The position numbers and the translations under genes were made by a program. A stretch of 64,000 nt of DNA, from NCBI GenBank assembly GCA_951406725.2, contig OX597818.1, positions 134,912,001-134,976,000 of the forward strand. The letters are read 5' to 3'. The stretch comes from Octopus vulgaris (taxonomy: Eukaryota). Positions 36,001-44,078 of the stretch are shown piece by piece (position 1 is the first letter of the stretch; each line of letters opens with the position of its first letter). Below the pieces are notes generated by a model. The model made no database searches, was not told where the DNA came from, and saw only the letters and a list, made by a program, of their open reading frames with translations.

Positions 36001-36805
36001 GATTCACTCCTCTGATTAACTTAAACAAAGAAAAAAACAACCAAACATCATCGTTTAACGTCCATTTTCCGCGCTAGCACGGGTTGGACGGTTTGACCGG
36101 GGTCTGGGAAACCAGGGCTCCAGTCTGATCTGGCAGTGTTTCTACAGCTGGATGCCCTTCCTAACGCCAACCACTCCGCGAGTGTAGTTAATAACGTTCC
36201 CATGCCGGGAATCGAACCCAGGCCGCCTGGGTGAAAGCCAGTTGGACATATTTATAAAATCAAAAAACAGCAGAGTACCTATGACTTTTGGAATTATTGA
36301 AACATGGAATAATCTATGATGTCAGTTGTTTGCTGTCAGGGCACTGCATTCTTCCGAAATTTGCTAACACTATCTTTTATGTATCTTTGCTTCTTTTCCT
36401 CTTTATGACTTCTGTACTTTTCACTTTTCTTTTTGTGTACTTTTGGCTTTTGTTGCTGTCTTTTTTTTTATTGACTTATTCCCATGTTTTGTCCCACTTT
36501 TTACCCCTTTCAGTGATCTGTGCTCATTATTATTTTAACAATGAAATTACATTTAAAATTTTCAGACCCAGACCCCCTTATATCTCATATTAGTGGAATT
36601 TTGTAACCCATTTCATAAACTGTTTCCTTACATCATAGACTTGCTTTTGTCTTTAATATTTTTATTAACTTTTCTACTTGAAGGTGCTGTGTCTGCTCAG
36701 GAACAATGTAGTCCACCTATAAATGTTCAAAATCTTCAGAATTCTATTTCTCAAGTAAATTCCTCACTACTTTCACAAGTGGAGCCTAACCAGATTAGTG
36801 GCTGA
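953..36805 (+). CDS. STK31: STK31/TDRD8-like Tudor-kinase family gene, 3' part (17 coding exons; 5' Tudor part lies upstream of the window)
   Basis: Continuous spliced ORF with canonical AG/GT ends. [54 protein letters not shown] and TDVYQLG resemble human STK31 (LRWKLVEKSNLEE, LAQKWFPELPLLHPEIGLLKYM, GLHTLHKADIIHGSL) as recalled. Confidence 0.85.
1290..1518. mobile_element. piggyBac-type MITE (family E)
   Basis: TTAA TSD, CCCTTTAG...CTAAAGGG TIRs. Confidence 0.85.
2322..2588 (+). mobile_element. Family D retroposon fragment
   Basis: Same sequence with (GAT)n tail. Confidence 0.8.
2959..3001. repeat. (TA)n microsatellite
   Basis: Direct reading; other (TA)n runs near 7530, 26800, 26981, 51643, 53657. 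Confidence 0.95.
3293..3570. repeat. Foldback element / long imperfect inverted repeat
   Basis: ttattattaacagcaaattaatcat vs atgattaatttgctgttaataataa; aatggagattgggaagt vs acttcccagtctccatt. Confidence 0.75.
3777..3998 (+). mobile_element. SINE family C (~230 bp)
   Basis: GAGTTCAAATTCC B-box, gcctttcatcctttcggggtcgataaa central block, gaaata tail; multiple copies. Confidence 0.85.
4951..5073 (+). CDS. STK31: STK31-like exon ([11 protein letters not shown]...EKLKQMQ)
   Basis: ctgcag acceptor, gtaggt donor, 41 codons, phase 0/0. Confidence 0.85.
5361..5790 (-). mobile_element. Old SINE with family-B head and (GAT)n-type tail
   Basis: B-like head near 5790; tail ...ggaagg.catc..gctatagaaa...atgatg. 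Related fragments at 201-605, 31793-32005, 55433-55680. Confidence 0.65.
5842..5987 (-). mobile_element. Family D retroposon fragment
   Basis: Reverse copy with (CAT)n on +. Confidence 0.8.
6020..6562. repeat. Compound (TA)/(TG)/(TATG) microsatellite with 12-bp higher-order unit
   Basis: Direct reading; unit tatatgtatgta. Confidence 0.97.
7150..7254 (+). CDS. STK31: STK31-like exon ([10 protein letters not shown]...AYTDWK)
   Basis: tacag acceptor, gttagt donor, 35 codons. Confidence 0.8.
7964..8326. mobile_element. piggyBac-type MITE E with nested CR1 tail
   Basis: TTAA ends; insert at 8060-8197. Confidence 0.75.
8495..8806 (+). mobile_element. Mariner-type transposase 3' remnant
   Basis: Degenerate HPPYSPDLAPSDY-like coding, TIR-like end gaacttttcatccaaccctc. 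Confidence 0.6.
10076..10330. mobile_element. hAT-type MITE (old)
   Basis: caatggttctca / tgagaaacactg, degenerate 8-bp TSD gtctggct/gtctaact. Confidence 0.65.
10540..10929 (-). mobile_element. Non-autonomous Helitron
   Basis: Minus strand A^TCTTTATATATAAA...CCCGAGCAACGCC(A/G)GG hairpin...CTAG^T, no TSD. Confidence 0.85.
11039..11128 (+). CDS. STK31: STK31-like exon ([15 protein letters not shown]...LIEA)
   Basis: Long pyrimidine tract + ag, gtgagt donor, 30 codons. Confidence 0.85.
11657..11767 (+). CDS. STK31: STK31-like exon (HLKLNSTP...EVAITDL)
   Basis: ttgtag acceptor, gtatgt donor, 37 codons. Confidence 0.8.
12380..12772 (+). mobile_element. tRNA-derived SINE, family A (full length)
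   Basis: Head GTGGAGGCGCAATGGCCCAGTGG...GGTTTCGATTCC (A/B boxes); 20-bp TSD gagtgagatgatggagggat; nested in an RTE LINE. Confidence 0.9.
13397..13891 (-). mobile_element. CR1-clade LINE 3' fragment with (ATT)n tail
   Basis: [10 protein letters not shown]...LRR...TRGH...[14 protein letters not shown]; short copy of same tail at 8060-8197. Confidence 0.85.
14222..14407 (+). mobile_element. Family D retroposon fragment
   Basis: Same family. Confidence 0.8.
14487..14735 (+). CDS. STK31: STK31-like coiled-coil exon (EHSRNATF...LQDVEE)
   Basis: tttag acceptor, gtaagt donor, 83 codons; overlaps ORF 14532..14771. Confidence 0.9.
14945..15173. mobile_element. piggyBac-type MITE E
   Basis: Near-identical to 1290 copy. 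Confidence 0.85.
16528..16911 (+). mobile_element. SINE family A
   Basis: Near-identical to 12380 copy. Confidence 0.9.
17140..17433 (+). mobile_element. Older SINE related to family A
   Basis: Diverged tRNA-like head, shared 3' half (gggccagccttgtcac...ggagtgctcag). Confidence 0.7.
17863..17961 (+). CDS. STK31: STK31-like exon ([18 protein letters not shown]...DQHM)
   Basis: ccag acceptor, gtgagg donor, 33 codons. Confidence 0.85.
18426..18710 (+). mobile_element. RTE-like LINE 3' fragment
   Basis: [19 protein letters not shown], (TGA)n tail. Confidence 0.8.
19018..19098 (+). CDS. STK31: STK31-like exon ([27 protein letters not shown])
   Basis: ttgtag acceptor, gtaaat donor; FPEL motif typical of STK31. 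Confidence 0.9.
19242..19468. mobile_element. piggyBac-type MITE E
   Basis: TTAA + TIR; older neighbour at 19601-19825. Confidence 0.85.
19893..20006 (+). CDS. STK31: STK31-like exon, kinase N-lobe ([11 protein letters not shown]...EEVLIQ)
   Basis: ctacag acceptor, gtaaga donor, 38 codons. Confidence 0.85.
20534..20909 (+). mobile_element. tRNA-derived SINE, family B (CORE-like block, internal (TA)/(TG) microsatellite)
   Basis: AGGAGTGGCTGTGTGG...GGTTCAGTCCC head, accttgggcaagt block, gaaacaagtaaaagag tail; >=10 copies in window. Confidence 0.88.
21131..21363 (-). mobile_element. SINE family C
   Basis: Full copy, TSD tctaattgtttgt. Confidence 0.88.
21775..22008 (+). mobile_element. SINE family C
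   Basis: Full copy, flanked by gaagtagctgggga duplication. Confidence 0.85.
22167..22286 (+). CDS. STK31: STK31-like exon (EHLISDNAP...[12 protein letters not shown])
   Basis: tttcag acceptor, gtaagt donor, 40 codons; kinase subdomains III-IV. Confidence 0.88.
22402..22785 (-). mobile_element. SINE family A
   Basis: Full copy, TSD ttttgagacact. Confidence 0.9.
22996..23363 (-). mobile_element. RTE-like LINE 3' fragment
   Basis: ORF 23004..23351 [17 protein letters not shown]...; (TGA)n tail. Confidence 0.85.
24095..24175 (+). CDS. STK31: STK31-like exon ([13 protein letters not shown]...SFSEK)
   Basis: tttcag acceptor, gtatga donor, 27 codons; subdomain V. Confidence 0.8.
24297..24510 (+). 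mobile_element. Old SINE related to family C
   Basis: Diverged head and central block; similar copy at 54110-54323. Confidence 0.65.
24856..25005 (+). CDS. STK31: STK31-like exon, degenerate catalytic loop ([33 protein letters not shown]...PDFSTPL)
   Basis: atcag acceptor, gtaact donor, 50 codons; subdomains VIa-VII. Confidence 0.9.
25213..25670 (-). mobile_element. RTE-like LINE 3' fragment
   Basis: Same family; includes LLYGSETW coding. Confidence 0.85.
25820..26787 (+). mobile_element. Decayed mariner transposase (pseudogene) with right TIR
   Basis: [41 protein letters not shown] motifs; frameshift and stops; terminal ...gaacaatctaata+ta. Confidence 0.88.
27580..28080 (-). mobile_element. 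RTE LINE ORF fragment
   Basis: [22 protein letters not shown]...[10 protein letters not shown]. Confidence 0.8.
28178..28358 (+). mobile_element. Family D retroposon fragment
   Basis: Same family. Confidence 0.8.
28620..28751 (+). CDS. STK31: STK31-like exon (VSRIRNRY...FLAPE...[12 protein letters not shown])
   Basis: ttccag acceptor, gtaata donor; APE and DxYxLG motifs. Confidence 0.9.
29185..29412. mobile_element. piggyBac-type MITE (family F)
   Basis: TTAA-CCCTTTCGTTAC...GTAACGAAAGG-TTAA; older copy at 23547-23775. Confidence 0.85.
29469..29525 (+). CDS. STK31: STK31-like exon ([19 protein letters not shown])
   Basis: tttcag acceptor, gtgagt donor, 19 codons. Confidence 0.8.
29751..30135 (-). 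mobile_element. SINE family B
   Basis: Reverse-complement match to 20534 copy. Confidence 0.88.
30222..31025 (-). mobile_element. Longer Helitron-like element (different internal sequence)
   Basis: Termini resemble the family above (atctatatgtataaaa... / ...gccgggcaatactggtag). Confidence 0.6.
31268..31617 (-). mobile_element. Family D retroposon fragment
   Basis: Longer copy with internal ggcacgtaaaa repeats. Confidence 0.8.
32019..32304 (+). mobile_element. Family D retroposon fragment
   Basis: Inserted into an older minus-strand SINE. Confidence 0.8.
32555..32703 (+). CDS. STK31: STK31-like exon, kinase subdomain XI ([31 protein letters not shown]...)
   Basis: tttcag acceptor; CLxxDPxxR motif; aa|gtaaat phase-2 donor. 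Confidence 0.88.
32720..33052 (-). mobile_element. SINE family B, head truncated
   Basis: Match to family; starts ~16 nt after the exon donor at 32704. Confidence 0.85.
33874..34175 (-). mobile_element. Non-autonomous Helitron
   Basis: Same family, TC...CTAG termini. Confidence 0.85.
34231..34922 (+). CDS. STK31: STK31-like large low-complexity exon (S/Q/N/D-rich)
   Basis: tttatag acceptor in phase with previous exon; contains ORF 34262..34930; g|gtgagt donor. Confidence 0.8.
35220..35436 (+). mobile_element. Family D retroposon fragment
   Basis: Same family. Confidence 0.8.
36046..36187 (-). mobile_element. Family D retroposon fragment
   Basis: Same family; abuts tRNA-Glu fragment. Confidence 0.8.
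36197..36241 (-). pseudogene. tRNA-Glu(TTC) fragment (anticodon arm, T arm, 3' acceptor strand)
   Basis: Minus strand CTGGCTTTCACCCAGGCGGCCTGGGTTCGATTCCCGGCATGGGAA; 5' third missing. Confidence 0.8.
36684..36805 (+). CDS. STK31: STK31-like terminal coding exon (GAVSAQEQC...NQISG*)
   Basis: Pyrimidine tract + aag acceptor, phase 1 matches, TGA at 36803-36805, followed by U-rich UTR with AATAAA. Confidence 0.7.
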
Positions 36806-37017
36806 ACTAACATTACAATGAAGATCTTATGTATCTGGTGTAAACAATACAGGATATTAGATCTGGACATCTGGTAAAATATTATATGGAACATTATAGG
36901 AATTTAATTTTGTTCCAGTTACTTTCAAAACAGCTTCTTTTAACTCAAACGAGTTTAAAGGAACTTTCACTTTTTTTTTTTCTTAAATCTAATTTCTTTT
37001 ATTTCAATTTCTTTTTT

Positions 37018-37211
37018 AATAAAAATTTTTTTTCATTTGTAAATATTCTTAATTTATTTTTTTATATTTTACTTAATTTTTTAAACTAGTTATTTCAATT
37101 ACCATAATAAAAATAATTTCCTGTGTGCTTTACTCAGCTCACTTTCCATTGTTTTTTTAATCCATTGTCATGATGAGGAAATATTTCAGTATTTATCATT
37201 AAAGCAATAAA
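37018..37211 (+). terminator. Candidate polyadenylation signals of STK31-like gene
   Basis: AATAAA at 37018, 37106 (followed by ctgtgtgcttt) and 37206. Confidence 0.5.
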
Positions 37212-37366
37212 AATGAAGACAAGCACAAATCTCTAACTCAAATAGACAAATCCATAACTGTTGTGAAACAAAGCTATAATTGTCATATAGACAAATTTAT
37301 GAATATCTTTAAAAAGAATCTCTGGCTGGTTCATAAAGACAAATTTATGGCTGTCAAAAAGATAAA

Positions 37367-37662
37367 TATTGGTTGGCATCCTTTTTGTCTCGGGAGACAA
37401 TGGAGTTGCACATAAAATAGTCCAGTCCGGCTTTTACATTTCATGTTCTGATACATTTCCTGCTGTGGCTGTGTACTCCTATCCTGGACAAACACTCCCT
37501 CTGGCAGGTACCGCAAATGTAGCGAAGACTGTTCCTGGCTGGTTGTAATGCCATAGTTTCTTGTTGACGTCTTTTCTTGTCTTTCCATTTCTCCTCTCTC
37601 TCTCTTGTCACTCCTTTGTATTCCCTCTCTTACGGTACGTTGCCAGTCTCCACGGTTGCCGG
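37367..37662 (-). mobile_element. RTE/BovB-like LINE 3' end
   Basis: Minus frame ends YICGTCQRECLSRIGVHSHSRKC*, a zinc-knuckle C-terminus typical of BovB-type RTEs. Confidence 0.7.
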
Positions 37663-37900
37663 CAATAAATATATGACTTTCATAAATACAAGTCTACAAA
37701 TGTCATAAGCAAAGCCATAAGTTATGACTGACATGAAGACAAACTTATGACTGTCGTACACAATGGCAAATCTATGACTTTATTTAAATTTGGTCTCAAA
37801 TTATTTTCTCATGGTTTTTCTATTTTTTAAGAATACTCATCAGTTTTTAAGGGTATTCTAGTTGTGCATTTAACTGAACTACATGTTCATTGAATTAGAG

Positions 37901-38089
37901 CAGTACTCTGCAACCTTTTTTCATTTGCAGCACACTTATATTCTTTTCAAAATTCAGCAGCACACCTGAACTGAAAATATAACTAAAAGTACAGGTGAAG
38001 AAAAAATTATATTCAGGTTACGCTGCAGCACACCTAGCATTATCTCATGGCACACCAGTGTGTCGTGACATGCCGGTTGCAGAGCTCTG
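37901..38089. mobile_element. hAT-type MITE
   Basis: TIR cag..ctctgcaacc, perfect 8-bp TSD aattagag. Confidence 0.85.
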
Positions 38090-38287
38090 AATTAGAGTGT
38101 GTATGGCTGAGTATTCCTCAGACACATGTAATTTTGATGTTAGACAGAATCAGCATGAAACTTCACCAGTTCGGGTGCACTGGGAGAAGTACCCATTGTA
38201 TTTTGTATAATGGTTGCCATTAGGAAGGGCATCCTGCTTTAGAAACCATACCAAAACAGACATTGGAACACTATACAGTCCTGTGTG

Positions 38288-38660
38288 CAGTTGTGGCTAA
38301 AAGTTTGGAACAGATCTGGAAATTAGAATTTTTATATTAACCCTTTCGTTACCATATTTCTGTTGGGATGCTCTGTGTTTCTTTCAATTAATTTTAAATA
38401 TAACAAAGAATTTAGTAAAATAACTTAGTTATCATTAAGCTAGTGTTAGGAACATAAATTGTGACTAAGGTTTGGTGGAAGATTTTGATTCAAAACTTAT
38501 GAAAACAAGACATTTGTACTAAAGTGCCAGAGCCGGTTTCAGCCGGGTTGGTAACGAAAGGGTTAAATGCCCAAATATCTACATTGCATATATTTGAATT
38601 GGACTTGGACATAACAATTTTAATTTTAAACACAATGTTCCAGACTTTTGGCCATGACTG
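38288..38660. mobile_element. Tc1/mariner-type MITE
   Basis: TIRs cagttgtggctaaaagtttggaaca / tgttccagacttttggccatgactg, TA on right. Confidence 0.7.
38337..38566. mobile_element. piggyBac-type MITE F nested in a Tc1-like MITE
   Basis: Perfect TIR CCCTTTCGTTACCA, TTAA TSD. Confidence 0.88.
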
Positions 38661-39476
38661 TACAAATATGTATGTGTATATTGATGTATATACATGACTC
38701 CTTGAGTTAAAGGAGTAATGCATTCCTGAAATTAATGTCCCCATTTAATTTTCATGTGATAAAATGGTAATGGATCTGATGGATTTTTCAAAACTACAAT
38801 AACAACAAACAAATAACATGATCACTTTTATGCATGAAAAAAAATTTCTAAACAGTATATGTATAAATGAAAATATTTCATATTATCAGCAGCAGTTCCT
38901 CCCAGAAGAAGAATCGTTTTTAAAAGCATTAAATCTAGCTTGATTTTTCTTCTCAAAAAGTTCTAACAAGCATGAGTTTCTTGGAGAGTGCAGTTTCACC
39001 AGCATTGTATACTCATTCGGAGACGCAATGGCCCAGTGGTTAGGGCAGCGGACTCGCGGTCATAGGATCGCAGTTTTGATTCCCAGACCGGCTTGTAGTG
39101 TAGGTGTGAGAGATCAGAGCTGGCTGGTTTGAGCATATAACAGGAAGACAATTTTGGCCTGATGATATGGCCGGTTTAACACTAAAGGGTTAAATCCAGC
39201 TGTTGATTTTCTTGGAGTGCTCAAACACGTTCTAATTTCATGAGCATGAGTTTCTTGGAGAGTGCAGTTTCATCAGCATTGTATACTCATTCAGTTATGT
39301 AGCCTCCTTCGGCTACCATTTCTTTTTTTTCAGTTGTTCTGGATAATTAGTAGCAGCCCCTGTATCAGCACTGACAGCTTTACCAGTCATTATTCTGATG
39401 TGCAAATTTGAGTGTTTCAACCTTTCAGGCCAGAAAAGATTTTCCATTATGTTTTACTTTCCTTTTTCTGCAAATT

Positions 39477-39883
39477 TATTTCTTTACTACCCACAAGGGG
39501 CTAAACACAGAGGGAACAGACAAACAGATTAAGTCGATTACATCGACCCCAGTGCGTAACTGGTACTTAATTTATCGACCCCGATAGGATGAAAGGCAAA
39601 GTCGACCTCGGCGGAATTTGAACTTAGAACGTAGCGGCAGACGAAATACCTTTTTCTTTACTACCCACAAGGGGCTAAACACAGAGGGGACAAACAAGGA
39701 CAGACAAAGGGATTAAGTCGATTACATCGACCCCCAGTGCGTAACTGGTACTTAGTTTATCGACCCCGAAAGGATGAAAGGCAAAGTCGACCTCGGCGGA
39801 ATTTGAACTCAGAACGTAACGGCAGACGAAATACGGCTACGCATTTCGCCCGGCGTGCTAACGTTTCCGCCAGCTCGCTGCCT
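39477..39883 (-). mobile_element. SINE family C head-to-tail dimer
   Basis: One full and one head-truncated unit; flanked by tttttctgcaaatt. Confidence 0.85.
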
Positions 39884-40239
39884 TTTTCTGCAAATTACCA
39901 TACAAACTTTTAGCTTTTTTTAAAAACCATTGTGTTTATTATTGCCTTTCATCCTGTCTAGGATCAGTAAATATAGTAGCAGTTTGCTTCTGGGATGTCA
40001 GTTCTCTCTCTCTATAGTTATAATGAGCTATGTTTAAACCTAGACAGGGAGGGATCCCAACAGGTTTTAAAATTACCCAAAACTTGTAGTAATGGCACAT
40101 CTACATCTGAGGGTGTAATACACACATGTAACTAAATCTGACCCACAAACTTTTCTGTAAAATATTTACTGTTTCGTTTCCTGCAAACTCCAATGCAATT
40201 CTCACCATTTTTTCATCCCATAAATAAAAACAATGGACA

Positions 40240-43200
40240 ATATTAGAGATAGAAAAAATGTTTTATTCAGTTGTATTTGCTTGCCAAGATTTTTGTACAC
40301 TAGTTCCACAGATACAGCTTCTGGACAGTTGAAGAAATGGGACTTAGAACAACTTTATGGTCAGTTAGTAGATTAGATGTCTCCAATATTTGTAACAACA
40401 GCAGGAAATGGTGAAGAGATCAAATATTCCTAGTTATTCATGTAAAATGGTACATTTACAAGTGAAATCATTCAGTTATTGAGCATTTTCTCTCATTTGT
40501 TCCAAGTTGTTGTGACAGAATGCTGTGATGCAACTTGAAATTTAAAACTAACATTTCATAGAGTATTGTGCAATCGCAAGGTTCACTTATAAAACTGCAT
40601 CCTCATAAATTATCTGTATCCTAGATTAATTATATTTAAAAATTTGCATATATTTCTTAAATGCCAAAAAGTTGCATTTAGACATTGCTAATATTTTAAA
40701 ATTTATAAAAATGATGTTTTCTTGTCTCAATTGATTTCAATCAAAGTATAGGAAGAATGCCATGTATTTTGATGGAGATTAACGGTCAAATTCTAATGTA
40801 AATGATTTTAAGCAATATAGTTTTAATTTTATTCGAAATTGCTACATACAAATATTGGACACCAAAAATTTATGAAGTAATGTTCAGTGTATATATAAAA
40901 AAAAAAAAAAAAATCATATGAAACCAAATAATTTAATGATATTTGTATGTATATCATCTGATTTATAAATTTTTCTAAGAACAGTGATTGAGTGAAAACA
41001 GTTTAAACTTCTTTGATAAGCTTCGTTTGTTTTCTAGAACTCACACGAAATTTATTGATTAGATATTCCACATGAAGCAGAGTGTATTGCTGATTTGTCT
41101 ATATAAATCACAGCTTATTATTTTGTGTATTTTTTTTATATTTTAGAGGATCATCATTGTCATTAAAGGAATAAATTATTATTTGTCCCATCCGTACGAG
41201 CTACTATAAACAATTTAAAAATATATTTTGCTTCAGTGTGTACTGGAAATAATATAAAGTCTATTGCTGTAGGAATTGGAGTTATCTTACTTTATTGCAC
41301 TTCAAACTTTAACCTCTTAAGAAGGATTAAGATTTTTTGATTATTAAAAATAATAAAATAAAAAAAGAAATCTGTTTATGAGAATACAAGCCAATGACTG
41401 GTTTAAACATTCAATGAAATCTCGATTGTAAATATGAATCTTTCATTTAATATCCATTTTATTATTTTTTTACAGTTGGGTCATCTTAAATATCAGTCCA
41501 ACATTAGACAACGAAGAGGATCATTTTTGTTCATACAGTTGGTGTGACCCACTCACTTTAAGATTCTGCCAACTTTGAACCAACCACAAAATGGTTTACA
41601 AGCCATCTCCTTTCATAGCAGTCCCAATTAGTAGCTTCTATTATCTTTTTTTCTTCATTTAAGAAATCTTTAGCCATTTCTGGCACCACTAGAGATCAAC
41701 AATTGTCTACATCTTATCATTCTGGAACTGGCAAGTAAGGTAAGGCAAAGAAATAGTAAGGACTCTGACAACATCCCCACTTTGGTCGTGTATGGTGATT
41801 AACCTTTAAAGGAAGACATTTTTTTGGGGGGGCGAAAATATATTGAATGTTATCATCTCCCTATTTTATATTTTGGAGAAATGTTGGGACAAAAAGGAAA
41901 GAATTTTTAATGACAATTGTTTTAGTCATGCAAGGCACTTTGTTTTTTTGTTGTTTTTGTCTTTTTGATTTAATGTGTTTCTTTCCTTTCTAGAACTGTT
42001 ATTCCAGTTACAAAAGAAAATAGAACAGGGAGAAATGATCGCAAAAAAGCATGCAAAAATAACTTTTTCAACATCTGGACGGATTGTTTCATCACCAACA
42101 TTAACTTTATATCTATTTAGTTTCCCAGGTTTGGCTGTTTCTTACTGTCAGGAGAACTAATCATTAATCTTCTATTATATATGTTAGAAATTACTATTGT
42201 TATTATTTGCTAGAGATATAAGCCTTTTCAAAATTGTATGCTTACAATCTTAAAATATTTTCACAATTTTAGCTCAGATTATGACAGTCTCTTTGAATGG
42301 ATGTTGAAACCATGATGAATAAATATTTTATTCATGGTTTTTCAAAAAATTATTCTGTTAGTATTAATTATAAATATATGTGAGTTTGTTTATATAAAGC
42401 AAATTTGAATAGTTAACTCACAATCACTTTCCCTAGAAATCATAAAATGGAGTTGTTTCCAATGAATTGCTAGTATAATATACAATAGTTTTATAATGTT
42501 GATATCAAAGATCAAAATATGCTAGCAGAAAGAATTAGTGATATGAAGTTAAACATTTTTATTTATCTATAGCTAATATCTTATTATTTTGATTAGAAAA
42601 CTTATAACTCTCTCTCAATTCATTAACTTAAAGCATCTTTAAAATAAAATGTTTACATCATTACAGATAAAAATGCCATAATTTTGCTAGTATTTGCAAC
42701 AATTTTAACGACTGCTTTCGTCCTATATTTCATGCAGTTTTAATTCTCAAACTGTTCAATAGCTTTTGCGTGTTTTGGCTTTTATTTTTAATATTTTTTT
42801 AACATTAGTCTCAATAGTCATCTTATAGTTTCTAACCATTGTTTAAAATTTCTTAATTTTTGACCTAAAAATAGTAATTTGTTGAAATAATCCAGACTGT
42901 AGAGATCACTAGTTTCTTTCTTTTTTTTTATTTTTCAAAATATTGATCAGTAAAATGACCTGTAAAATATGTTAGATCCCATCAAGTAATGTTTATTCAG
43001 AAGAACATTTATCGAAATTTAGCAGACTGAACCAAAAATCCTTCTTATGTTAAAACAATACTCAAGGATCATAATCTTCGAATATGCTGTTTAGCTAGCT
43101 TTTACCTCTAGTCGCAAGAGGGGTGTATGTGTGTGTGTGTGTTTGCAGAAAACATCAGATTAACCAGGTGTGTATATAGGTGCAGGTGTGGCTGTGTTGT

Positions 43201-43701
43201 AAGAAGCTTGCTTCCCAACCACATGGTTCTGGGTTCAGTCCCCCTGCATGGCACCTTGGGCAAGTGTCGTCTTCTATAGCCTCAGGCTGACCAGCCTTGA
43301 GTGGATTTGTGGATTTGGCAGATGGAAGCTGAAATAAGCCTGCCTTTGTGTGTGTGTAGTTGACATTTACAAAAAAAAACAACAAAAAAGATAAGGCTGG
43401 TGTATTAGTTTGATGCTCAGGAAAATAGGTTTGAAAAGTAAGTCCTGGGGTTGATTTGTTCAGCTAAAACTCTTCAAAGTGGTGCCCAACATAGCGGCAG
43501 ACAAATGACTGAAACAAGATGTGTGTGTGTGTGTATTTATGTATGCTTTAGGTTGTCAGATAAATACATTTACTTTTTTTTATTTTTTTTTTTTATCTTA
43601 ATCCTAATTTTTCATCAACAGTTTTAATAAACTAGTCAGTAATATATTATTGACTGTGAGAATAGTTAATGAAAAACAAAACAAATTAATCCGACAACCT
43701 C

Positions 43702-43735
<34 letters not shown>

Positions 43736-44078
43736 ATTTGTGTATATATACACCTGATTAATTTATTTGTTTTTGGCAAATAAAAATCCTGTAAAAAAGA
43801 ACTCTCCTTTCAGTGCAGCCATTTGGGAAATCTAACAGTAAATATTAAAGTAGTTTGGTGATCAGAACAAATAGAAAATTTTGGAAAAAAAAAAAAATGA
43901 CTAGAATAATTGTTGATAGTTGTGATAGTCAACCATTGTCCAACAATAAGGCTGGCCATTGCCTCACTCATTATAGCGAATAAATGCCATAATTACACTT
44001 GTATCTTTGGTACTATGAGGTGTCTGCACATATATGTGTGTATGTGTGTGCATGTTTGTGTGTGTCTACTGGATTTTT
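40240..44078 (-). other. BICC1: Probable long 3'UTR of BicC
   Basis: Nearly TE-free AU-rich tract after the stop; AATAAA on - at 40262-40267 followed by a U/GU-rich element. Confidence 0.5.
43181..43519 (+). mobile_element. SINE family B, older copy, in the BicC 3'UTR
   Basis: Diverged match to family. Confidence 0.8.

Noticed and set aside
41640-41740. Exon-like segment with gtaagg donor on + and a short frame on -
   Set aside because: No phase-compatible place in either gene; BicC already ends at SGRW* (44079), so this is probably UTR
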